Assembly (NCBI GenBank): GCA_977030845.1
Contig: OZ365115.1
Span: forward strand, 2,728,001-2,792,000
Length of the DNA stretch: 64,000 bases
DNA from: Fimbriosthenelais zetlandica
Taxonomy: Eukaryota
Direction of reading: 5' to 3'
In this document: positions 1 through 9,711 of the stretch, piece by piece
How positions within the stretch are numbered: position 1 is the first letter of the stretch
Layout: each line of letters begins with the position of its first letter
The notes under the pieces: generated by a model
Databases searched by the model: none
What the model saw: only the letters and a program-made list of their open reading frames with translations
What the model was told of the DNA's origin: nothing
Made by a program: the position numbers and the translations under genes

Positions 1-2022
1 GCACATTGTTTAAATAACACTTGTCTGCAGCCGACATTTTGTTTGCATGTTTCATTTGGAAGCAATATACATTTTATGCTGACAATTTCCAATTAAACGT
101 TAAGGATGATGGTTGAATACAAACATTAAACAACTTGGGTTTTCATTGGCTCAGGATGGAGAGTCAATATTGACCAATCAGCTGTACAGACACAACTATC
201 CAACATCCAATAAGATAACATCCGGCTGAGGAAAGAGGTATCGTGGGAGAGAGGCAGCTAGAGCTCCTGCTTACAGTTGTGCAAATATTTGAGCTTCTGT
301 ACTGTAATTTTCTATTGAAGGACCTTAATAAGCAAACCTCAACTATCAACTTAAAAACTCCAGGAAATCATTCTTTCTAGTTTGCGAACGAACCTCAACA
401 TATTTCCTCTTCCTTCTTTTCCCCATTTGTGGACCCATCCAGCCCTCACCGTCCCACTCCCTGGGCATGAGACTCTATTCCCACTCATGATTTCAATAAG
501 ACCATGAGACATGGAACCAGTCGAAGGTCATTATTCTGGTCCCCTCTCCTGGTCCCTGTGTTTACCGAGATGTACGTACCCACAATGCACCTCGTGTCTA
601 CAGTTCCACTTCAGCCCGCCAGTCCATTCTACCCAATAACTATCTGTACATACCCCCTCCTCCTATCCTACCAAATCAACCCCATATTTCACCCTTAAAC
701 CCCCTCAAATGAATTCATATATTATATGTCTCCTACTCGATCCTAACCCTTACTTCAAACTCAGATATCCCCTCTCCTCTTCTTTCTCCCTTCCCACTTC
801 CCCATCCCCCTCCTCCCCATCCTCCTCCTCCCCATACCCCTCCTCCCCTCCCCTCCTCCCCATCCCTCCCAATCCGCCCCCACTTGACTATAAGTACTGT
901 CTGGATGGGGATTCTCTCTGTTTTACGTTTCATCTAGTTTGATCCACTTCCGGTGTGCGTGACCACTTCTATCGTGACGCAGCAATAACTTGATGAGAAA
1001 GTTTTCCTCTTCTTCTTACACATCTTACAAATCCTCCCACCATTCTTCACCCCCTCCCCCACCTCTTATTTACCCTGATAGTGAAATTAATTTGTTTGAG
1101 TAATAATGAATGCCATTTAATGTTATTAATCATTATTTTAAAGGATATAGTTAATGCAGGCCTACGAAATGAAATCCGTGGTAAACAAGAGTCATTACAG
1201 AAGCAATAATCAAGCTTATGTGACATGCTACAAATAATCTTGACATTTTATAAATAATTTAAGGCCTGCTAAATATGACAATGGCTGGGTATCAGCTTTG
1301 TGGTATAAGTTATGGTATAAGATATATGACCATCAAAAACAGCCAAGTCCCCACCTCAATGCAACCTTACAAAATCCTCAATCGATTAGACATAAATCGG
1401 ATTGTATTTAAACTGACAAACCGCTCCCATATCTGTCTTATGTGTTCCCACCATTCAGCAGCAGTACTCGCGTATAGAAGGTCATTTATTGAATCTTTTA
1501 GATAATAATAAATAACTTTCCTTACCTTTATTTCTTCTCTCTGGCTGCCTATAGTAAGTTTGGCGTTAGAAGTCGGCGCGTCTGTGGTCTGACTGTGTCC
1601 CTCTGTTTTACGCTGTAAAAGAACCCTCTCCCCACCAGCTTCCTCAGTCCCCGCCACTCGTTTCTCTAGAATTCCCAACAGTTCCACGACCAGTTTCACC
1701 CACATTTCCTAGATCAATGTCTCTCTTCCATTCTCCTCCATGCACCACGCAATAGACCTGGGTTATAAACATCAGTCCCCCCCCCCCCCCCCCCTCCAAA
1801 AAAACAAAAACAAAAAAACTGGCAACCTGCCGTATAAATTAGCCCGAGACAATGACAATGTTTATAATTATTTTACTCAACCATTTATTGTCATGGATTG
1901 CTCAAATTGTTTTCCATATAAATATATATTTATATATAAGCTTTGCGAAACACTAATTATATATAATTATATATATTTGATAGGGGTTGTACATGCATTT
2001 AATTATAGTTTCTATAGTTTTA

Positions 2023-2169
2023 CTATACAATAGTGCAGTATTTGGAGTCGTGACCATTTTTGGATGAATTTTGTGTTTCCTTGTAGATTATAAAAACAGT
2101 GTGTTGATAGGGGATCTTTTTGGTTCCAGGCAATGCTGCTGTCATAATATTCTGCAAGATGTCATCTTT
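2023..2169 (-). CDS. HNMT-like exon 6 (KDDILQNIM...KIPYQHTVFIIY...CTIV*)
   Basis: Acceptor gttttacag; TAG at 2023-2025; AATAAA on the minus strand at 1884-1889. Confidence 0.75.
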   Translation of the reverse strand, partial: KDDILQNIMTAALPGTKKIPYQHTVFIIYKETQNSSKNGHDSKYCTIV

Positions 2170-4098
2170 CTGTAAAACATAAATAAAATTAATCTTTTCA
2201 TCATAATGTAACTATTTCCCACCTTCACATGTAGTGAGAGGCATGGCTGGCCTTTTCTATTCTAGTATATAGTGTAATACCTACCTCTTGGTTTGTTATC
2301 TTGTGCCAGCTGCCCAGGTTGACCATGTCATAGTATCCTTCTCCTTCATCACTCATATCAATCAGAAATGGCTCAGTTTCCTCTGTCAATTCAAAATAAT
2401 TGTCAAATGTTAGTTTCATATTGACAGCAAGAGGCAGGTCCCCACTTCAATACGTCCGTTTCTCACCCTGACCCTTGACCTACCCTTCCCATAAACCTTC
2501 TTGGATTGAAAAAATATTGACATCCAATGACTGAAATTCTGTGATTTGAACAGCCCTTTTCACTTATGTAAGGTTAACCACTGACAAAATTTCAATCACT
2601 GGATGGCATTAGAAATAGGGGTTCGAACGGATTGAAAAATCGGATTAGTGTTTCGTGGCTATAGTCGTGAGCGGGAGGTATCAGGCACGCCTACCTTCTG
2701 TGTATTTCAGGCCAAGTTCATCCACTGCGTCCCTGATTTGCTGCAGAAGTTGGTTAGCCATATCTGATTTTACAGATCCTATCATAAAATAAATATAACA
2801 AATCAATTACCATTTCCACAAAGACATTCAAGCAAAGGAATTAAAATTGCCTGTTCCACCTCTAAAATGATTGGCTCAATAATTAACCAATATATATATT
2901 CTGGTCGTCCTAGGTAATTTCTCAACTAATTGTCCTTAAAGGGATGAATGGAATTCATATACACCTGCACCTGTGGTGAGATTAGTGACTAATATAATAT
3001 AATTATGATTTGCTTCTTGGATAAAAAACAATATGGTGACCACCCAATTTTCTTTTGCTTTTGCATTTACCACAAAAAAAAACATGTCCCTACTGAAAGT
3101 TTAAGGGAAAACGACACACTAATTTCCCAACTCTCAAGAAAATTCGATGTAAAATGTCAATTTACCCATGTTTTGTAGAAGTTGGCCATGGTTGATCATG
3201 ATGACAGCCTTGCCACCCACCTTGACCATTGACAGCGCTTGTCGCAGGGTGTCAACCAGGCTGTCTTTAAATGAGTACAGACAATGCATGAGGAAAATAG
3301 CGTCCACAGATTCTGGTTCCCTCTGGTAGTCTTCAAAATTACGTCCAAGACAAGAAATCTGGAATAAGATTAAAGGGACAATGTTATATCATTATAGTGT
3401 CTATATAGTATAGATATAAATGGGACATAAACGATACTGAAGATACTGGTCCAGAAGAGGTGAGTTTTGTCAGGGTTAGCCTTAGCTAGTCTTAAAGGAC
3501 TGTTAAAACTACAAGCATTGGGTGTGACTAGAAATACACTATCGCTTTGCATCACTTGGGCTAATCGCCTCTGTGTGCGCCCGGCATAATACTCACATTG
3601 ACTGATGGGTAGGCAGTCTCTAGTCGCCGCTGAGCCATACTACATCTGTCCTGATAAGGTTCAATCCCGTCATATTCCTTAACATTAGGGCACAGTGATA
3701 ACAGCACGTCGTCCAGATCACCTTCAGCTAAAACACAATAATAATACACCAAAAGTTAATCCATATTTGTTACAACAATTGGCTTGTATTGTGTGTACGG
3801 TAAACCCGGAATAACGAGGGATGCGGCCATGATGAGGGAACCTGAAAACTCTGCAATAGAAAAGTCAGCCACATTGACACAAATAAATATGTTAAGTTAA
3901 GGACTTTCTGAGTGAAGATAGATTGATACCTATGCCAACACTCGCTATATGGTGGAGACTGTTGAAGTCTATATGTCTGGTGGCATGCTGTGATTTGAAG
4001 TATCGTCTAATCACATCTATACGGTTACAGCGTTGTCTGTAATCATCCCAGCTCGTCCAAAACACACCGTCCGGATACCAGGGCTGGTGTTGAGACAT
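2023..4098 (-). CDS. HNMT-like: Histamine N-methyltransferase-like class I SAM-dependent methyltransferase, 6 exons, 273 aa: join(3930..4098,3597..3727,3166..3358,2695..2778,2285..2382,2023..2169)
   Basis: All five introns are GT-AG and phases match; the CDS is 822 nt from ATG to TAG. The protein has IASVGIAEGDLD (motif I, cf. HNMT ILSIGGGAGEID), YDGIEP, VDAIFLMHCLYSF (cf. WDFIHMIQMLYYV), LSMVKVGGKAVI and DAVDELGLKYTE (cf. MLDNLGLKYEC). Family recognised from memory. Confidence 0.82.
2285..2382 (-). CDS. HNMT-like exon 5 (ETEPFLIDMSDEGEGYYDMVNLG...NQE)
   Basis: Acceptor ttgacag with a ctaac branch-like site; donor ag|GTAGGT. Confidence 0.72.
2695..2778 (-). CDS. HNMT-like exon 4 (SVKSDMANQLLQQIRDAVDELGLKYTE)
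   Basis: Acceptor ttttatgatag; donor ag|GTAGGC; phase 1 to 1. Confidence 0.8.
3166..3358 (-). CDS. HNMT-like exon 3 (ISCLGRNFEDY...LLQNM)
   Basis: Acceptor cttattccag; donor GTAAAT; methyltransferase motifs. Confidence 0.85.
3597..3727 (-). CDS. HNMT-like exon 2 (EGDLDDVLL...AYPSVN)
   Basis: Acceptor tgttttag; donor GTGAGT; phase 1 to 0. Confidence 0.85.
3930..4098 (-). CDS. HNMT-like exon 1 (MSQHQPWYPDGVFW...IASVGI)
   Basis: ATG at 4098 with an in-frame stop upstream; donor ag|GTATCA; phase 1. Confidence 0.75.
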
Positions 4099-4370
4099 GT
4101 CCTGGTTCTCCAGCCCTATGTGGATGGGAGTTGAACAGATATGCTACTTTGTTGTGTTAAAGGAAAATTGTAAGATGTCACGAAGATATAATCCAGGGCA
4201 GATTATAAGTGGTTAGTTCAATGTGTAAAATGGAAGATAGAGACGGCTGTTACAACTGTTAAGGTATCTAAGGGAACACGTAGGTAACCAGCAACCAATG
4301 GGAGAGAGCCAGGCATATAATATTACCTGTTATAGGGTAACCAAAAATGAGGAAAAGCTAAGACAAGTTT

Positions 4371-4375
<5 letters not shown>

Positions 4376-4411
<36 letters not shown>
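4376..4411. repeat. (AG)n microsatellite
   Basis: Perfect AG dinucleotide run. Confidence 0.95.
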
Positions 4412-4412
<1 letters not shown>

Positions 4413-5092
4413 AAGCTGAAGCCTGTCCAGGTAGGAAATCCTACCTGGTGCAATATTTGTTAGAATATAAACTGCAAGTCATATTTTTTGAGGTTATATC
4501 ATTGTTGGACTTATTAGCTCAGTTCTTCTTATCTTTCTTCCTATCATTGCAGAGAATGGACGCACAATGTATGGCTGATCAAAGATAAGCCATTGAAATC
4601 GCCTAAACTAATGTTTGCCAAATAAAAGACTACTTGAATACATCGGTAATTTGTATATTCACGATTTATTGACTCCATTTGTTCTGCAAATAGGTGCGTA
4701 CTTTATTACCCATGAATTATCATGGAATCGGATGATTTATACTCTTTCATAATTTGTTCTCCGACATCTGAACTATGCTACTGTAGCATTTAACTCTATG
4801 GAAGGACCAAGCCAGCGCGACTGTAGCGACCCCAGATATGATGTGAGAGAACGCTGAACTATGCTACTGTAGCATTGAACTCTATGGAAGGACCAAGCCA
4901 GCGCGACTGTAGCGACCCCAGATATGATGCGGCAGAACGGTGAACTATGCTACTATAGCATTGAACTCCGGGCACTTGCGCAATGAAACATGAAACCATA
5001 ATAGCTAATTACTGTTTGGGGTGGAGGTTGGGGCTCTGTGATTTGGCCTTTGAACAGGTTAAATTTGACGGGGTGTAAGGTAGAGACCTATG

Positions 5093-5173
5093 AGCCAGGT
5101 AGTCTAGAGGTAAGACACTGGACTCTAAGACGAGAGACCGGGGTTCGATTCCCCGTCTTGTAAATCCCTTTTC
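5093..5173 (+). ncRNA. tRNA-like Pol III cassette 1, CUA at the anticodon position (5125-5127)
   Basis: A box TAGTCTAGAGG, D stem GTCT/AGAC, B box GGTTCGATTCC, T5 at 5169-5173; anticodon stem 3/5 paired, acceptor stem about 5/7. Confidence 0.55.
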
Positions 5174-5365
5174 GCTGCTGGATTACTACACATATACGGC
5201 TGTGGAAGTAAGTGTTCATTTGGCAGAGGATCTTTTGGATAGCAGAAGCAGACATAGCTTGGTTCCCGCCTGGTCGTACAGGTGGCGCTAGGGGTGCTGG
5301 GTGAGGTCGCTGAAGAAGCTCACAGTCATCATATAAATGTGTAGGCCGAGCGACCCATGGAGCAG

Positions 5366-5445
5366 AAAAATGTTTGAATCGACGGAGAATTGAACCCCGG
5401 TCGCTCACGTTGAATGTCAGTGTCTTACCTCTAGACTAATGGCAG
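5366..5445 (-). ncRNA. tRNA-like Pol III cassette 2, UCA at the anticodon position
   Basis: A box TAGTCTAGAGG, B box GGTTCAATTCT, T5 terminator; no acceptor stem. Confidence 0.5.
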
Positions 5446-6370
5446 AACGATGAAGAATGGTACATGCAGTATGATCAAGCTAGGTCTCATGCTTCTCAAT
5501 GCTTCATTGCGCAAGTGCCCGGATCAGGCGCTCGCATACTTCCGCCTCTCACGACTGGAATCAAGCTAAACATGAAATAGAGGAGGGTGTCATTTTCTGT
5601 CTGACAAGGACGTGAACAATCTGTGTCACGACTCTGATTTCGAAAATCTTTAATATCTCGGCAACTACTGGGTCTTTATAAGAAATTCAAAATGGAAAAT
5701 CTTAGTTGGGACAATGTCTAGCGGGTCGTATAGGAAATACATGTTGAAATAGCTTCTAAAAATTTCGATTTTCAAAATATAGCTAATTTCACAAGGTGTC
5801 CCGACTCCAGCCCTTTTTGCAGTCCAAACCAGCGCGACTGTAGCGCACCCGAGATATGATGTGGGAGAACGCTGAACTATGCTACTATAGCATTGAACTC
5901 TATGGAAGGACCAAGCCAGCGCGACTGTAGCGACCAGACATATGATGCGGCAGAATGGTGAACTATGCTTATTCAGCTGAGTTCAGAGCCTTGGATTGGA
6001 AACGGGACTGGAGTCGGGACACCTTGTGAAATTAGCAACATTTTGAAAATCTAAATTTTTAGAAGCCGTTTCAGCATTTAATACCTATACCACCCACTAG
6101 ACATTTTCCCAACTAAGATTTTCCATTTTGAATTTCTTATAAAGACCCCGTGGTTGCCGAGATATTAAAGATTTTCGTAATCAGAGTCGTGACACAGATT
6201 GTTCACGTCCTTGTCCGACGGAAAATGACACCCTCCTCTATTTTATGTTTAGCTTGATTCTAGTCGTGAGAGCCGGAAGTATGCGAGCGCCTGATCCGGG
6301 CACTTGCGCAATGAAGCATGAAGTTATAATAGCTTTACTGTTTCTATTGGGTGTAGAGTCTTGTCCTGTG

Positions 6371-6451
6371 ACCGATGTAGTCTAGAGGTAACACACTGGC
6401 CTGCAGCGCTAGCGACCGGGGTTCGATTCCCAGTCAAAGCCCACATTTTTC
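6371..6451 (+). ncRNA. tRNA-like Pol III cassette 3, GCA at the anticodon position (6403-6405)
   Basis: A box, anticodon stem CTGGC/GCTAG, B box GGTTCGATTCC, T6; no acceptor stem. Confidence 0.55.
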
Positions 6452-6661
6452 TGCTCCATAATTATTTATTCGGTTCCAATATACATAATTATAGCATATA
6501 TGTCCAAGCTTAGATATATTCTTATGTCTGGATTGCGGCTTCGCGGCGTCTCATCTTCCTGTCCTCTTCCATCTCCGCCTCCAATACCACACCCCTTCAG
6601 CGCCCCTCAATCTGGCTCAGCGAAGCACCTAAATAATTACGTAGCGACCTCTATGGAGCAG

Positions 6662-6741
6662 AAAAATAGCGGTTTAGACTGGGAATCGAACCCGGGTCGC
6701 TGACATGGCACGCCAGTGTCTTACCACTAGACTACATAGTG
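6662..6741 (-). ncRNA. tRNA-like Pol III cassette 4, GCC at the anticodon position
   Basis: A box TAGTCTAGTGG, perfect D stem, anticodon stem CTGGC/GTCAG, B box, T5; no acceptor stem. Confidence 0.55.
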
Positions 6742-7900
6742 GACAGGTTTGTACCTCAATCTGACAATAACAACAATGGAGCTATTATGGTTTCATGCTT
6801 CATTGCGCAAGTGCCCGGATCAGGCGCTCGCATACTTCCGGCTCTCACGACTAGAATCAAGCTAAACATGAGATAGAGGAGGGTGTCATTTTCCGTCTGA
6901 CAAGGACGTGAACAATCTGTGTCACGACTCTGATTTCGAAAATCTTTAATATCTCGGCAACCACTGGGGTTTTTTAAGAAATTCAAAATGGAAAATCTTA
7001 GTTGGGAAAATGTCTAGCGGGTAGTATAGGAAATAAATGCTGAAACGGCTTCTAAAAATTTCGATTTCCAAAATGTTGCTAATTTCACAAGGTGCCCCGA
7101 CTCCAGCCCCGTTTCCAATCCAAGGCTCTGACCTCAGGTGAATAAGCATAGTTCACCGTTCTGCCGCATCATATCTGGGGTGCGCTACAGTCGCGCTGGC
7201 TTGGTCCTTCAATAGAGTTCAATGCTATAGTAGCATAGTTCACCGTTCTGCCGCATCATATCTGGGGTGCGCTACAGTCGCGCTGTCTTGGTCCTTCCAT
7301 AGAGTTCAATGCTATAGTAGCATAGTTCACCGTTCTGCGGCATCATATCTGGGGTGCGCTACAGTCGCGCTGGCTTGGTCAGAGAGAGTGAGAGAGGGAG
7401 GGATGTAGTTCACCTTGTGGCCGCTGCAAATCCTGAGGGCGCAACTGTGCCGGTTATTCAGCTGAGATCGGAGCCTTGGATTGGAAACGGGGCTGTAGTC
7501 GGGGCACCTTGTGAAATTAGCTATATTTTGATAATCGAAATTTTTAGAAGCTGTTTCGGCATTTAATATCTATACCACCCGCTAGACATTTTCCCAACTA
7601 AGATTTTCCATTTTGAATTTCTTAAAAAGACCCAGTGGTTGCCGAGATATTAAAGATTTTCGAAATCAGAGTCGTGACACAGATTGTTCACGTCCTTGTC
7701 CGACGGAAAATGACACCCTCCTCTATTTCATGTTTAGCTTGATTCCAGTCGTGGGAGCCGGAAGTATGCGAGCGCCTGATCCGGGCACTTGCGCAATGAA
7801 GCATGAAACCATAATAGCTTTACTGTTTGGGTGGAGGTTGGGGCTCTGTGATTTGGGCGGTTCAGGTTAAATTTGACGGGGTGTAAGGTATAGACATATG

Positions 7901-7980
7901 AGCCAGGTAGTCTAGAGGTAAGACACTGGACTCTAACACGAGAGACCGGGGTTCGATTCCCAGTCTTGTAAATCCCTTTT
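7901..7980 (+). ncRNA. tRNA-like Pol III cassette 5, CUA at the anticodon position (7933-7935); near-copy of cassette 1
   Basis: A box, B box and T4 at 7977-7980; flanks match those of cassette 1. Confidence 0.55.
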
Positions 7981-8284
7981 CGCTGCTGGATTACCACATA
8001 TACACTAGCCGTGTGAAATCCAAGCAATCACAACAAGTATCGACTCTAGGCGGCACCTGGTGTCGAGATCTGGCGTGAGACGGGAGCGATGACTGTTAGC
8101 CTTGCTCTGCGACTTCACTGAATACCCATAGCGCCACCTGTACGACCAGGCGGGAACCAAGCTATGTTTGCTGCTGCTATCGAAAAGATCCCCTGTCAAA
8201 TGAACACTTCTCAGCCGTACTTGTGTACTCTCTCCTCTACAAGTCCCCAGTTGTGAATACAGGACTGATAAATTGGACATGGTA

Positions 8285-9711
8285 TTTATTTATCGGAAAG
8301 TATTTGTTTATTTAGGAGGGTTTATAATGTGGGTCTTACTGAAACTTTAATCTAAAAACAGTGCTTTGGATACCGCAGATTAAACGACGGGCATAGAAAT
8401 AAATTACATCGGAAATAATTGAACGTAGAACTAAGATTAATTAAAACATATTTTTAATGTAATAGCACCTTAGAAGTTCATATACAATATGTGACCATAT
8501 GAATGCAATATCAGAATTAATCATTGACATGATTGTATAATTTCAACACATGCTGAATATATTCATCTCTGACTAAATATTTGCAATAATAACACTTTGC
8601 AACATTTGAGAATTACATTATTTACAAATCATGCATTGTGTATATGACTTTGGAGATATATTTAAGACTTCGGGAGGAGGTATTCCAATGGATATTTACA
8701 ATTTTAGGTTACACCATGCAAGTAGAAATAGGATGAAATATAACTGTTAATACAACCTCTCCTCCCTCAAATCTTTATAATTTATCATAAAATATAAGGT
8801 AATAATTGTATTTTACACATGGAGCAGACCTTGGATAGGCTATACACGAACATTTAATCACATTAAAGGCAAATTGATCACGTATTATTAAAAACTCATT
8901 TTAGCAGAATAATGACTGCACTGAATCTATCCCAAGTTTGGGTTTAGATCCACTGAGGTCTTAAGCGCAGAAGATAATGCTCCCAGGAACGGGATTAAAT
9001 GTACTAAAATCAAGAAATATGAAGATTCCTATTAAAACCAGCCTTAGAAGACCGAAGTTCTTAAACCCTTAAGATCTCAGTGGACCTATGATCTACTTCT
9101 ATCTCAGCAGCTATTTAAGAATATGAAAGACAATGTTCATGTTGGCTCTAGGGTCAAAGTTCATGTACCAATATTACATAATCCCACGCTCAACCAGTTA
9201 CTCTATGCCCACAGGAGGTAAGATCTAACTTTGCTCTCTTTAATACAATATTTTACATTTTAATGCTCTGAATGACTACAAGGTAATGGATATAGATTAT
9301 ACAGTATAAAATGGTACATAGATTATCAGAGTCACTGGGATGGGGGTAGATAATGCCTTGAAATAACCCTGCTTTCTTCACGTAACCCTTCAATAGATAT
9401 GTACACCGCCATTACTTTGTTAAATTTCATCATGTACATGTAATATATAATTAATTATAATTATCTCTATTATTTGTACATTTCTAGATACATTTGGATT
9501 ATTTCAGGCATACATGTCAACATACTCAGGAAGAAATGAAGAATATAAATCAATCTGAAGAACTACTATCTGTTCACTCTCCTCAGAACATCTCCTTAAA
9601 TTAAAATAATTGCACACTATTTTTCCTGAATAAACCTGTCACTAAACGATAAGAATGTCATAAAATAGATGCAGGTTTTAAGTAAGTGTACACGTCACTA
9701 GTGTTCAGTAA
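8285..9711 (-). other. Probable 3' UTR of the THSD7-like gene
   Basis: AT-rich stretch after the stop; AATAAA on the minus strand near 8285-8310. Confidence 0.4.
8945..9088. mobile_element. Small MITE-like element, probably Tc1/mariner-type, in the 3' UTR
   Basis: Inverted ends tagatccactgaggtcttaag (8945-8965) and cttaagatctcagtggaccta (9068-9088), 19/21 complementary, TA at both ends. Confidence 0.55.

Larger units (their letters stand above)
4769..8220. mobile_element. Array of alternately inverted modules (86-87 bp tandem unit A, ~350-bp arm B, tRNA-like cassette); foldback-like repeat
   Basis: B copies at 4968-5020(+, partial), 5499-5813(-), 5969-6344(+), 6781-7145(-) and 7454-7820(+). 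A repeats at 4769-4968(+), 5822-5968(+) and 7146-7380(-). Confidence 0.8.

Noticed and set aside
1367-1705. 112-aa minus-strand ORF
   Set aside because: Starts at a non-ATG codon, has no splice context or recognisable domain, and lies beyond the HNMT-like polyadenylation signal.
4769-7380. CRISPR-like look of the 86-87 bp repeats
   Set aside because: Units are directly adjacent with no unique spacers, the host is an animal and no cas genes are present.
5093-7980. Calling the cassettes true tRNA genes (amber/opal suppressor, Sec, Cys, Gly)
   Set aside because: Acceptor stems do not pair (at best ~5/7), the CUA and UCA copies have mismatched anticodon stems, and the UCA copy lacks the long variable arm of tRNA-Sec.
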